In this document: positions 23,245 through 36,135 of the stretch, in pieces
Numbering within the stretch: the stretch's first letter is position 1
Layout of the letters: each line of letters starts with the position of its first letter
Source: Eutreptiella sp. 'Long Island Sound 2002'
Taxonomy: Eukaryota; Protista; Euglenida
DNA length: 64,000 nucleotides
NCBI GenBank assembly: GCA_964036045.1
Contig: OZ038378.1
Span: forward strand, 41,292,001 to 41,356,000
Reading direction: 5' to 3'
Program-made: the position numbers and the translations under genes
Notes under the pieces: model-generated
The model's database searches: none
Seen by the model: the letters and a program-made list of their open reading frames with translations, nothing else
What the model was told of the DNA's origin: nothing

Positions 23245-26200
23245 GACCCCTTGTTGATCCTATATTCTGGTTGCAAACAGCGCCTTAGAGGGCTGAGCTT
23301 TGGACTGCAAAAGGGACATGGACATGTAGGCGTGGGAACTGGTGACAAATTTAGGGGGCCCGAGACGCATCAGTTGCAGCCAGCTCAAGCGGATAGAAAG
23401 CAATGTTGCACTGGAGACTCAAGGGGTCGATCCCTAGGTACACAATACCAAAGTGACCAACAGCTGGAGTAATCCTGTGGCATGAGGTGAGAGGTGGCAG
23501 CAGAGATACACGAAAGCCTCACTGTCGGCGGGCAGCGACTGTGGGACAACAGGGGACATGTGGTACACAACGGCAGCACGGTAGGCACTGCTCTCGCTGT
23601 CGACACCAGCTGTTCGCGCGCTGCTACTGCTGCCATTCGCGGCCACACGTAACAATGCATCGGCGGTCTGCAAGAGCAGCACCAAGGCGTAGGGCGGGGG
23701 GGGTAGGGCAGTGGCAGGACCACCTCCTCTGGCACCCCTGATCCCCGTTCTTGTCCCTTGCTCAACCGGTGGTTGCTGCTCAGAAAAAATTTGATGCGGA
23801 GAGCCTATTTATTGCGGCCCAAAAGCGGTCAGGTGGAGCAGTGAGCCAGCTGGGGCCAGGTGGCACTGCTGGCTTGGGCCTTGGATCATGGGTAGATTCC
23901 CTGGATGGGCTGTAGGCTGGCCGGGGCGTAGCAGCCCAGAGCATGCCTAAGTGCTGGTTGCCTCGTGGTTGGGTTGCCCGGGGAGGGGGGGCGGGGGGGG
24001 GGCGCATTTCACCCTGGACCGGACAGGGCTTATGCTCGACACCGTTAGCACCCCCGCCACAGGCACGAGCCCAGGCCTTGTCGTTCGCGGCTCCGCACCT
24101 GGTCACCATCCCATTCTGGGTGGCTAGCTCGGTTGCCTGTACAAACGGGCAGCCGGGCCCGGCATGTGGATAGCCATTTCCTTAGATAGCCCAATCTCCC
24201 CAGCAATCTTCCAGCCTCCAATATCTGGTGGAATATACCTAGCAAATTTCAAAAATGTTGCCTACCAATCTTGCTTGCAGAATTGCTGCTTGAGGTGCCT
24301 TACTCGCGTCCCTTGGCCTGGGCCTTGGCCTTATCCCAACCCCAGCTCCCCTCACTGTTCCTCTGCCCCCCTCCCCCCCCTCCCCCGCTGGGCCTCCTAT
24401 GGTGGGGGCATCATCGTTGATGGGTCAGCCCTCTCACTCCGCCAAGGCAAAAGGCACCCCCCGTGTCCTTGGGCTGTGGTCGCATCCCGCGCCGCACCGC
24501 GTGCACCAGGCATGCACTGTTTGCGTCCTCCGGGGCGGCATCGTCACTTGCCTATGACCACTGATGGCCGCGCACATCTCCATTGCGGTCCGGTGCTAGC
24601 TCTGGGCTTGCCGCTGGTGCATCCGCCCCAGCCATGTCCATGCACGCCGTCTCCACCGCCAGGGTCCACACGCGCCGTCCCAGATCACGCCCCATGGGGG
24701 CGAGTGCCCCTAGCGGGCCTTCGCGGCCTGTGTGCCGCCAATGGCAGCACTTGGTCACCCCCCGGTGGAGGTCCATGCATCTGCGGCAGGCCGGGGCCCA
24801 GTGTTCTGCACACAGGGCCCCATTTGTGCCGCCCCCCCTTCCCCAACCCCACCTTGGGGCAGCATGCGGCACATGTAGCTGGACAGCTAAAGCAGGTGAT
24901 GCCCCCTCCCCCACCATATGTGGCATGGCAGGCAGGGCCAGGGGCAGGCGATCCCCCCCCCCCCCGCCACACAGGTGGTAGGGCAGGCAGCCGCAGGGCC
25001 CACCGACGGCGGTGGCGGCACCGCCGCACTCGCAGCAGCAAGGGATGCAGCAGCAAGGGAGCGAGCAGGGCGCCCTAGGGTGAAGGGGGCCGGCCTGAAG
25101 GGTGGCAAGGGATGACCCAAAGGGCAGCAAGGGATGACAGGGCTCGGGATGGGGCAAGGGCAGGGTCTCGTAGGGGACAGCTGGGACAGGCCTCCGGCAA
25201 GGGACGGTTGGGGTCAAGAGCCCCGCAGGGACAGGACCTGTCCGCCACGGGGGTGCAGGCACACTGCTGGCCCTGGGTCTAACCCGGGACCACCACCCTC
25301 CTTTGGGCACGCCGGCCTCAGGGGCTTCTGCCCCCCACACCAGCACCACTAGCGCCAGCTCCATAGGCTCAGTGCAGTGTTGTTGCAAGGAGCATGGGCA
25401 CGCCTCTCATGAACAAACATAATGTATGTTTCCCGGTCCTTCTGACGCGCCGCACACGGCAGGGGGTGAAGTGGAGGGTTCAGGCCGCAGGCCTTGCCTA
25501 CCCCGAGTTGACCGTACAAGGCTTCTGCATTCTATGCATATTTGCATGCACACTCCACACCCTTTTGCTGAAATTCTGCCGCCTCATGTTGCTTGGTCAA
25601 TCTGTTTTCTTTTGGGAAGGATATTTGGTGTTATAGCCCCAGAACAACACGCTGGATTTCTTTTGGCTGCAGAAGTGTGCACAGGAATGTGCTATGACCA
25701 ACCCCTGGTCAAACGGCGCTTTTTGGCCTGAAAACACTGCTGATCAACCACCCGCTGGTCAAGCGGCAAAGCATTGCGCATCAGTGCACAAGAGGGGGTG
25801 GGGGGGCAAGAAAGTCACCGCAGATGTTTCCGTTTTTGAATGGAGCAAACTTCTCCTCCAGAAATGACAAATGAGTCCAACGTAGCAACCACCCCAAATA
25901 TAGAAAGACCTGGATTTTTGCACATGTGCTCAAAGTGTGCCAAAGAAAAGTTTTGCACGGAGTGTGCTAAAGATAAGAACCTCTTTGGATCCTGACAAGC
26001 TGCATGCAAATAATGGGCAACATCGAACGCAAGCTCTCTGCATCTTTGTTTTGTGCACCAGTTTGACCTTCTTTTTCACACACCTAGACAGCGAACAGGA
26101 ATAGGCATGAGGTGTTTGTGTCCGAAATTACGAAGAGTTCCATGCAAAGCAAATTTACCTACATTTTCCGGGTGCTCACTCCGGGAGCCCCGGACCACAC

Positions 26201-27581
26201 ACACACCATGCTCCCGCCAGTCAACAGGAGACGGAGCTCACAAATTGGGCACTTGCTTGGACCGCATTCTGGATGGCTTTGATGGGCTCACAATCATGTT
26301 GCCCTCGATGCTGGCGACAAGTGGGTTGGGTCACATGTTTTCGGGACCCCAAGTGTGTTTCAATATGGAAGGGCTCCACCCTGTGGAGCCAGCCTTCAGT
26401 GTTGTGGTGCACGGACCAAAAGACCCCAAAGCATCTAAAGCTCCAGCCCCCTGTCCAGGTTTTACGACCACTGTCTGTCTTACCGCTAAGCCACGCCAAC
26501 CTACATCTAACAATTGCTCCCCCCTCCCTTCCCCCTCCGGGATGCGCTTGAGGGGGAGGGGGGTTTTGAAAACAAAAGTGGTTGTCGGCGGTTGGAAAAG
26601 CAGATGGGAGGCAATCTCTGGTGGGTACAAACTGGTTGGAGGGCGGCAGGGCTGACCATCACCCTAAAGAGAGGGGGTGATGGTCCCCCTTCAAGTACAA
26701 CCCTCCCCCCCCCCCCTCCTGTGCGCCCACCCTCCCCTGAAATGACCGGGACCATGCACCCTAATACACAAACAGCAACAGTGTGTGTGCCAGACGTACT
26801 CCTGGGGTGCGGAGGGGGGGGGGCTTGGTCACCGGGGTCACCGTTAGGTGGAATCACCTCTGGGGGGGGGGGTGATGCTCTTCCCCCTACGTCCCCTTCC
26901 CAGTTGAATGTTTGGGAGCTGCTGTGTTCAGGCAGAAGCTATACACTGTGTACACTGTGAGGAGCAAAGATGGATCTAATTTGTGTGCCACTCAGGGGGT
27001 GGGGATGGGGGGTGGGGGAGTAGTGAATTGTGACATGTCACAAAAAATACAATAGGCCATAGTGGGAAAACAGCTTTTCTGAAAATATTGTGACACCCAA
27101 AAGACTCTGTGGTACTTCCTAAGGGCAGTGGTACTTTCCGAGGGCATGTGGGAAGGTTGCTGAATTGTCATGTTTGTGTTTGTGAGCTTGCTGTTTTTTT
27201 GTGACAACTCTGGTTTTGTGACATTCTGCTTGCATGCACGTCACTGTCAATGACAAGGAAAGTGGTACTGATAGTGACAGTGACAGTGACAGTGACTAAG
27301 AACCCTGGTGCACCAGCAAAAAACAAAAAAAAACTGTTTCTTGGACTATGCAATGGTTTGCATTGAATGCTTCACTGGAAGGGGTGTGCTGCCTGCCTCC
27401 TGGTACCCTGCGTGGCTCAATCTGTGACCGGGTTTTTTTGTGACGCATATTGTGACGCCTCGTCACAACAGGGGGGGGGGGAGGGAGGGACACCCACCTC
27501 CCCAGTTAGATCCATCCCTAGTGAGGAGCATCATTTCTTTTGGGAGAATGGAGCGTAGCTGGGACGAGGGCTGGCGTGGAG

Positions 27582-29666
27582 ATGTCTTCAGTACGGATGC
27601 CGTATTTTGCATTCAGAGCTTCTTTCCGAGCGATTTTGGGCATGCTGTTGAGTGATTGCAATGTTTCCTCAAAGCAGAGGCAGCATTGCCAACTGCTCCT
27701 CGTCATGGTTGCGCTGTCGCTGTGTGCGGCCACCTTGGGCGCGATATTCATCTGCCTGAATGCGCTGTGGGCGGCCATTTTCTCTTTCACCATGTTGGGG
27801 CTTTGCGTCTACGGCATGGTCCATGCCCTGGTGAAAGGGACAACCACCTGGACATCCGGACTGTTGTGCTGGGGATTGAGCGTTTGCGCGCTTGGCATGC
27901 ACTGGGGTCTTGGGGCCTCCTCTGGCACCTTCGTCTTCCATTGGGCATTGCTGGGACCGCAACTCGCCGTTCCGTTGGGGCATTCCAGAGCGCACGCGAC
28001 GGCGCTGGCCATCATCGTGTGCATTGCCTTGCTGCTGATCCAAATCATTCCGGTGGTGTGCGGGCACAGACCCGGCCCGACGCAGACAGCGTATCCCCCG
28101 GCGTTCTTTGAGCCCCTGGTGGCCCTTAATGCCATTGGCCCGTTCCTCATTGGCTTCGTTACCTCGATATGGTGCTGGGGAACCGTGAAGGCCGATCAGG
28201 AGAGTCTTCAAGCTACCGTATCCACCGCCGAGATGCTCTGCAAAGGGCTCGTGACCTTCGACCTCGAGTCCCTGCCCCGCCCGCCGCACCAGATCGCCGC
28301 CGAAGGCTCCGTCCAGATCATCCGCATGCTGTACGACGTGGTCAACAACATGCGGTCGTACCGCCCGTTCCTGCCCCACCACCTGCTTGCCCCGCCGCCC
28401 GTCATCGACGCCCGGCGCGGCTCCGCCGTCTCACTCGCCCCCGCGGAGCCCGGCTCGCAGCCCGGGGCGGAGTCCAACCCGATCGTGACGGGCAGCTCTC
28501 AGAACGGCGACGCCGAGAGCCTGCTCGCCGCGACCATCCGGTCGCGGACGTCCAGCATGCGGGCGGTTGCGCCCGTCATGCCGTACCCTGTCAACCGGCG
28601 CCTGGGCACCCTCGTGTACCTGGCCCTCTCCAACATGGACGGGCTGCTCAGCATGGAGGACGCCGACGCCAACAAGACCGCGGGCGAGATCGCTGAGATG
28701 TTCTCGGAGGCGGCGGTGGGGCTAGTCCAGCAGTGGCGGGGCATCGTGGAGTTCATCCACGGGGACACCATGCTCGCCACGTGGAACCTCCTGGGCCACT
28801 CCTCGACGCACGTCAGCAACGCCCTGACGGCCGCTGTCCACATCCGGGACCGCTTCGCCGCCGTGCAGGCGGCGCGCGCCCCGGAGCCTGGTCCCGCCCC
28901 TGCCCTTGCGCTGACCGCGGGGGTGTGGGCCGGCCACGTGCTGAGCGGCACCTTCGGCACGAAGGACCTGCGGGTGTTCGGCGTCTTTGGCTGCGAGGTG
29001 AGCCGCGTGGCGGCGCTGCAGCGGTACGCCGCGGCGCACTCCCGCTGCATCGTCGGCAACGCCGGCGTGTGGAGGCTCACGCAGGAGGCCCCGCAGCACC
29101 GCCTGCTGCCCGTCGACGTCATCGACCTCGCGAAGGCAGTGAATCCCCTCAAGGGGTCCCCAAGCACGATGGAGATCCTGTACGAGTGCCTCGCCTGCGT
29201 GTCCGCCGAGGACGACGAGTGGATGTACCAGCTCATGAGCACGCAGGCGCAGGCCCAGCCCGAGCATCGCCTGCACAACATCTTCTGCCAGCTGCAGCTC
29301 GGGATCGACAGCCCGGAGGCCCTCCGGAAGATCGCAGCGAAGGTTGACCAGCTGCTCGCGACCGACGACGAGGTGGTCCGCCGCGTGTGCGTCACCATCC
29401 AGTCGCTGCTGAAGCAGCAGAGCGCCCAGAACGTCCGCGTCCGTTCCGTGTGGGGGTCCATTAGCAGCGAGAGCCCCTCCTCACGGGCCTCGCGCATCGC
29501 CTCCACCGTGCGCTCCAGCATCGTGCACCCGGAGGACCGGGGGCTGGGGAACCGGATCCCGGCGTCTCCGAGCTGGCTGTCCACGACGGACAGCGAGCCG
29601 GGGCTCTCCGTTGCCTGCGAGTCCTCCCCGTCGCACGTAGACTCGCTGATGTGTCTGCTGAAGTAG
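27582..29666 (+). CDS. Multi-TM class III adenylate/guanylate cyclase-like protein (694 aa from the first ATG), probably catalytically degenerate
   Basis: About 6 hydrophobic segments (e.g. LGASSGTFVFHWALLGPQLA). Cyclase-fold motifs RGIVEFIHGDTMLATWN and LTAGVWAGHVLSGTFGTKDLRVFGVFG; C-terminal DDEWMYQL motif; strong GC3 bias. The ORF-track start at 27540 is TTG. Confidence 0.85.
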   Translation: MSSVRMPYFAFRASFRAILGMLLSDCNVSSKQRQHCQLLLVMVALSLCAATLGAIFICLNALWAAIFSFTMLGLCVYGMVHALVKGTTTWTSGLLCWGLSVCALGMHWGLGASSGTFVFHWALLGPQLAVPLGHSRAHATALAIIVCIALLLIQIIPVVCGHRPGPTQTAYPPAFFEPLVALNAIGPFLIGFVTSIWCWGTVKADQESLQATVSTAEMLCKGLVTFDLESLPRPPHQIAAEGSVQIIRMLYDVVNNMRSYRPFLPHHLLAPPPVIDARRGSAVSLAPAEPGSQPGAESNPIVTGSSQNGDAESLLAATIRSRTSSMRAVAPVMPYPVNRRLGTLVYLALSNMDGLLSMEDADANKTAGEIAEMFSEAAVGLVQQWRGIVEFIHGDTMLATWNLLGHSSTHVSNALTAAVHIRDRFAAVQAARAPEPGPAPALALTAGVWAGHVLSGTFGTKDLRVFGVFGCEVSRVAALQRYAAAHSRCIVGNAGVWRLTQEAPQHRLLPVDVIDLAKAVNPLKGSPSTMEILYECLACVSAEDDEWMYQLMSTQAQAQPEHRLHNIFCQLQLGIDSPEALRKIAAKVDQLLATDDEVVRRVCVTIQSLLKQQSAQNVRVRSVWGSISSESPSSRASRIASTVRSSIVHPEDRGLGNRIPASPSWLSTTDSEPGLSVACESSPSHVDSLMCLLK

Positions 29667-30947
29667 CGGCAGACGGGCGGCGCGGGCGGACTGCTGCGCA
29701 CCGGTGCGGCGGGGGACGCAACGCCCCCCACCTTCGGCCGCACTTGGTTGCCCCGGTCACGTGACAGTATGCATGTCCATCACATGTTGTTCGCGCGATG
29801 GTGCTGGTGTGATACCGAGATAGCAGGTGGTGGCCAAGGCTCTCCTGTGCCTTCCGGCTGCATGATTCTCCCCAAACAATTTATTTTTTTGCCCCAAAGT
29901 ATCTGCCTCGACATGACCAGTGCGACGGCGCGACCTTTTTGAGGCACAGAACAGGATTATGCGCAGCTCCGAGCTCCAACGGCACAGAGAAATTGAGGGA
30001 GGATGTGAAATTAAGACGAGGAGGGCGGCATGCATACATCACACATACAGGGGGTGTTTCCACAACTTTTGGTGCTTTTACCGCTGTTTGGACAAAAGCT
30101 GGGGAGCGGGTTCCAGACCAGCCTCGCCAGGTGTGCCCCGATGCTGAAGTCCATTTCCCTTAGACTTGGACAATTGTATCTCGTGTGGCAACGGTAGATA
30201 GGAGGTGGGATGCAAATGCCAGGCAAAGTGCGAAAACATGGAAACAAAACAATTTATGCCGCGAATGCACATGCAATAAAGCGCATTTCAGGGTTCACAT
30301 TCGCATAGTCTGCCACGTCTCCACGCCGCAGGTGACTGTCCTTCCATCCCGATAAGGGGGCACTGCTGGGGCACGTTGTGTCCCGGTGACACACATTGTG
30401 TCCCGTGAATTGCCAGAGCTGTGCACGCGCATGCAACTCCCCTGACAATCATGTTTTGCAGCCAGGCTTGGGTACTGTTTTTGAAGAGGGCTGCATTTCC
30501 CTATAGCAACGGCTACACCCCGTCCATCTCTAAACGAGGAGGCATGGAGCCAGAAGGTTTGCCATGTACAAGTAATGAGTCTAATTATGATATGCGTTTT
30601 TGCTATCTGCATCATGTAAACGAATCCAACTTCGAGTTATTGACCTATGTTTCGGAATCAACCAAGATGATAATTCAGCAGTAAACTGCTTGCGCTCAAG
30701 GGGCTGGCACATGATGTACCGTCCAAAAAGACGATAATATTGAATATATCACTGGTGCAGCATGCAGACCCAGGGCACTCCAATTAGCCCGAGCCCAGTG
30801 CTTTACAAATATGCTCCACATACTTCACAAACAAGACACAGTGGGCAGCAACAAGGCAACTTTGTTAAGGCACTGTGTGGGCAATCCCTCTGTCTCCCTT
30901 TCTCTCACTTCATGTCGTTGTTGTGATTATTGATATTTTTCTTGCTA

Positions 30948-30972
30948 GCAGCAGCAGCAGCAGCAGCAGCAA
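30948..30972. repeat. (GCA)n microsatellite
   Basis: agcagcagcagcagcagcagc run. Confidence 0.9.
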
Positions 30973-31974
30973 CAACGGCAAAATCTCTCTCTCTGTCTCT
31001 GTGTGTATGTACCCAATGACTGACGGATGAGGAATTCAATGCCCAGTGCGTATGTCTTGCTCTGCCATCTTCAGGGGTGGTTATGGATTGCCGTTACGTG
31101 TGCCTGATCTCAAACCCCACCAGAAACATCTGTAGCGAATTGTCATATTATCAGCGCAACATGTTTGGCCATTGTGCGACAGTTGAGAACATATGGTACT
31201 ACAACAGATGCAGCTGAGTGTGGTGCTATTCATGCTTCCATGGACAGGATTTCCACAGTGGACTACAAGCCCTCTGCCACACGTTTTGACTGAGGTGCAG
31301 GGTTTTTGTCCAGAACGTGACTTACAGACAGTCTACCCCACTGGGCTCTCAATGGTCCCGTCCCTGAGCATGTGCATTGTCACCCACCGTCAGCTTGCCA
31401 ACCGAAACGACTGCAGCCTCTTCCAACTGCAAGTAGCCATGCAAGAGCTTGATTTTGCTGGTAAATCTTCCATTGTCAAGGAGCTGGACACCCTTGCAAT
31501 CCAAAAGAAATACAATGCGTTGATACACAATGTACACACACACACACACACACGCTCTCTCTCTCTGCTGTACAGAGGTCATATTCATAGCGAACGCTAT
31601 TGATTTGGTTGCAATATTTGGGTGTCACACACACACTCTCTCTCTCTCTCTTCTGCCTGACCCAGAACCGGATTAGTGCACAAAGCTAACCTAATTCGGA
31701 CAATGGAATCAAAGAAATGCCACTGGCGAGAACTGACACGATGAAAATACCCCATGCCGGGGCAATTGGCAATTGGCACTCTTCTCCTCGTTGGGGCTGC
31801 CCCCCTGCAGGGCCAAACAATGAATTCTTGGTTTGCAGTAGTGGTAGGACATAGGCCTGTTGAAACTCGCAGTTGGAGCATGATTCGAACTGATACTGTG
31901 GCACACACACACACATTCACATTGTGGTTGGAACGCATGGTTACCCAAACAGCGACACCCAGCCTAGAACCAAC

Positions 31975-32045
31975 GTCATCATGGCACAGCGGCTACACAC
32001 CCCAGTGCCAGGCCTAGTGGGGGTAGGTTCGAGCCCCAGCCCGCG
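31975..32045 (+). other. tRNA-derived, SINE-head-like sequence (not a foldable tRNA)
   Basis: A box TGGCACAGCGG and B box GGTTCGAGCCC at tRNA-like spacing; the D and acceptor stems do not pair. Confidence 0.35.
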
Positions 32046-33565
32046 TCGTGGTGATGTGGTCATGAAGATCTTAGTGCCGTCCAGTAGCACAGCTCCCAGC
32101 CTGGCGGCAGATCGTTTTCCTTCTCTTTTTTTCAGAAGGGCTTGGTGGCTCGGCGCCCCCCCCCCCCACATATCTCCACAGATGGGGCTGGTCTGTGGGG
32201 AGCGGTACGGCACACACTCATTCAATGTGTGTCTTGTTGCCATGTAGTGGGGTTGAAGGGACAGGAGCCGTGGTGTGTCAGCAGCAACTGTACATGCCGA
32301 GATCAACAGCCCGTAGTTTGAGCATGATTGGGATTGATACCCTGGCACACACACAGAGAGGTTCTTGCCAGGCGATCGGGTGGGCGACGGGGGCTCCATT
32401 TTCCATGCTGGGAGACACTGTCCCCAGGATCTTGTCCACCAGCGCCCTCCTTGCAGTGCACCCTAACCTTGAGACCCATACGGGCTTCCCTCTATAATGG
32501 GATATGCCGGGTGGGGCAGGGGTGGGCTAGGGCAAGCTTCAGGCAGGCTCTAACCGGCTAACCCTCTCCCTTCCCCTTTGCATTAGCGTCTAGGACCTAA
32601 AAGGCGTGCCTTCTATAATACTCCCCCTCACACACAAACTCATGATTTTGTAGCCTGTGTAGGAGAAATATTTTTGAACCTCACAGCCTAAGCCTTGCTG
32701 GAATGATTATCTTGGCACGCGTGTGCACACACACACACAGGGCAGGGCCGCGCGCTCCCGCTCGTCAGATGGTTGTTCAACTTATACTGTGCCCACGTCT
32801 TGCGGGAGCGGGGTCCAGGGAACCAGCCAAGCCTCACAGCCTAAGCCTTACTGGAATGATTGTCTTGGTACACGCGCGCACACACACATACACACACAAA
32901 TGAAAGACAACGGCACATATCCCCCAGCCATCTACGCTACTAGTGTGTCAAGCGCACAGCATGATGCCCCTCCCCCTTGGCATCCCCCCCCCCCCCCCGA
33001 AATCCCCCCCCCAGGGTGGGAACTGTCACCTTGGCCCGGAAAGCATAGGGAATAATAGGCGCCAAAGGCGCCAAAGAAAATTGTTACAAGGCATCGAAGG
33101 CACACTGTGATGCTATGGTACAGATTTGTGGTGCGGGACCTCCCCCCATAGGGGGGGATTGGCCTGACAAAAGGGGGAAGATTTCAAGGGGGGGGGGGGG
33201 TTAGCATGTGTCTTTTGTAAGAGGCTGCCGCACACGGTAGCAGCTTGTTTTGATTTGGGGCACTATGCGGCAGATTTTCAACGCCGGTGCCTGCAATTGT
33301 AGCTATGCCTGGCACACAATCTTCCCCGTTGCCCTAGGTGCATTGTTAAATCACGTGGCATTAGTCACTGCTGCCACCAGCGAGGAGACCATAAAGAGTG
33401 CACACCACAAGGGGACGTCTCCTCGGTTCTAGTACGTGACTCCCCCTCCCCGCCCTCCGGGCCCACTTAGTTGCCAAGGGTCAACAGCTACTGACCATAC
33501 ATATGGTGGCGCCAAAGGCGCCTGAAAAATTTTTTCATTCCCCTTGCCCATTTTGTCCACTTTGC

Positions 33566-34749
33566 ACCCCAACACTATCCTTGAACCCAACCTTGACTCT
33601 AATGCCCACCCCAACCCTCAGCCTACTCCTAACCCTACCCCCAAACCTTACCCTTGACCCTAACCCGAACCCTCGCCCCAACCCTAATCAAGACTGAATA
33701 TTGGGACCGAGCGAGTGGGGGAGGGAACATCAGCTGTGACTGGTGAGGGACATCAAGAATGATTCACACATTGATGGCTCTTGACAAAGTGAAATCAGCT
33801 TGCAAGTGAACCCCATCACCACGAGGCCCACTTTCAAGGCTTTTTGGGACTTCTGGGGGGCCAAAATGCTCCAAAATGGGTTCAAAATGGGCTCATTTCA
33901 CCTGTTTGTGCACCCCAAATTGTCCAGGATGAGGTTTGGAAAAATGCGTTTTTGACCCATATTTGACCCATTTTTGGTCCCAAAACAGCCCATTTCCAAG
34001 GCATTTTGGGATTTTCGGGGGACCAAAATGGGCCACCACAAGCTCAAAACGGTCCAAAAACACTTGTTTTAGCGTCGCACATGGTCGAGGATCATTTTTG
34101 AGAAAAGTCATCTTTTTGCCCCTACTGGACCCTGTTGACCCATTTGGGCACCCACCTATTTCGGTTTGAGTTAGCAGCTTGCCGCAGCCTAATGGGCCTA
34201 GGTACGGGGGTCTAGGCGTCCATTTGGGCATTTCTGAGGGGTGGAAACCACAAAAAGTGGGGGGTTGCGGGTAGAGTAGGTACCCTCGGAATCGCATTTT
34301 GAGCCATGTAGCCAAAGATATGGCCTATTCTTGGTTTGTGGCTGTCGGCATTTGGAGCTTTTTGGGGGCCTTTTTGGGCCGTTTCCACGACATATCATGG
34401 AGTTAGAGGGCCGCAAAGAGCTTGTTGACACGGGGAAGTCAAGCCGCACGTGGAGTGTACCCACCGTTTCCCTTCGTTTGGCTGTTTTGAATGTGTTCCA
34501 GGGCTTTTTTGGCCCAAAAATGGCTGTTTTTGGCCCTAAACTGCAGTTTTTGAAACCGAGGTCCGCCACTTGCAAATCCAGTTCGTGGCCGCCACCTTCG
34601 AGTTTCTCGCTCAAACTTTGTGTGATTGTACTTCACACCCATATAGGTATCATGCACCAAAATTTCACCCGAATCCGAAGCACCACGACGGAGTTCTGAT
34701 TTTTGCCCATTTCGCGCGTGCTGCTGCTTGCTGCTTGCTGCTTGCTTGC

Positions 34750-34796
<47 letters not shown>

Positions 34797-36135
34797 ACTG
34801 CTGCTGCTGCTAAACCTGGTAGGTCCACCCTAGACACTAAAAGGGGTTATAAAACCAAGACTTGTTCCACCAGCTCGGTGACCCTAACCCTAACCCTAAT
34901 CAAGACTGAATATTGGGACCGAGCGAGTGGGGGAGGGAACATCAGCTATGACTGGTGAGGGACATCAAGAATGATTCACACATTGATGGCTCTTGACAAA
35001 GTGGAATCGGCTTGCAAGTGAACCCCATCACCACGAGGCCCACTTTCAAGGCTTTTTGGACTTCTGAGGGGCCAAAATACCCCAAAATGGGCTCAAAATG
35101 GGCTCATTTCACCCGTTTGTGCACCCCAAATGGTCTAGGATGAGGTTTGGAAAAATGCGTTTTTGACCCATTTTTTACCCATTTTTGGTCCCAAAACAGC
35201 CCATTTCCAAGGCATTTTGGGATTTTCGGAGGACCAAAATGGGCCACCACAAGCTCAAAACGGTCCAAAAACACTTGTTTTAGCGTCGCACATGGTCGAG
35301 GATCATTTTTGAGAAAAGTCATCTTTTTGCCCCTACTGGACCCTGTTGACCCATTTGGGCACCCACCTGTTTGGGCTTGAGCTCGCAGCTTGCCGCAACC
35401 TAGTGGGCCTAGGTATGGGGGTCTAGACGTCCATTTGGGGAATTTTGAGGGGTGGAAACCACAAAAAGTGGGGGGTTGCGGGTGGAGTAGGTGCCCTCGG
35501 AATCGCATTTTGAGCCATGTAGCCAAAGATATGGCCTATTCTTGGTTTGTGGCTGTCGGCATTTGGAGCTTCTGGGGGCCTTTTTGGGCCGTTTCCACGA
35601 CATATCATGGAGTTAGAGGGCCGCAAAGAGCTTGTTGACATGCGGAAGTCAAGCCGCACGTGGAGTGTACCCACCGTTTCCCTTCGTTTGGCCGTTTTGA
35701 ATGTGTGCCGGGGCTTTTTAAGCCCAAAAATGGCTGTTTTTGGCCCTAAACTGCAGTTTTTGAAACTGAGGTCCGCCACTTGCGAATCCCGTTCCCGGCC
35801 GCCACCGTTGAGTTTCTCGCTCAAATTTTGTGTGATTGTACTTCACACCCATAGGTATCATCCACCAAAATTTCACCCGAATCCGAAGCACCACGACGGA
35901 GTTCTGATTTTGGCCCGTTTCGCGCGTGCTGCTTGCTTGCTGCTTGCTGCTTGCTTGCTGCTTGCTTGCTGCTTGCTTGCTAAACCTGGTAGGTCCACCC
36001 TAGACACTAAAAAGGGTTATAAAACCAAGACTGGTTCCACCAGCTCGGTCTCCCTAACCCTAACCCTAACCCTAACCCTAACCCTAACCCTAACCCTAGC
36101 CTTGCCCCTAGCCCTAGCTCTCACCCTAGGCTCGG
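33566..36135. repeat. Two ~1.2-kb tandem units separated and flanked by interstitial (CCCTAA)n
   Basis: Units start at 33688 and 34900 (period 1212). Degenerate CCCTAA array at 33566-33687, 3 copies at 34881-34899, about 7 perfect plus degenerate copies at 36052-36130. Each unit contains a (GCTT/GCT)n microsatellite. Confidence 0.92.

Noticed and set aside
24164-25388. 200-300-aa ORFs in the GC-rich region
   Set aside because: Pro/Gly/Ala-rich, cross homopolymer runs, and have no domain motifs or codon bias.
27656-29760. Long antisense and alternate-frame ORFs (27669-28382, 28499-29743, 28733-29347)
   Set aside because: These are shadows of the GC3-rich cyclase-like CDS.
36052-36130. True chromosome end
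   Set aside because: The array is short, decays into variants, and complex sequence continues on both sides.
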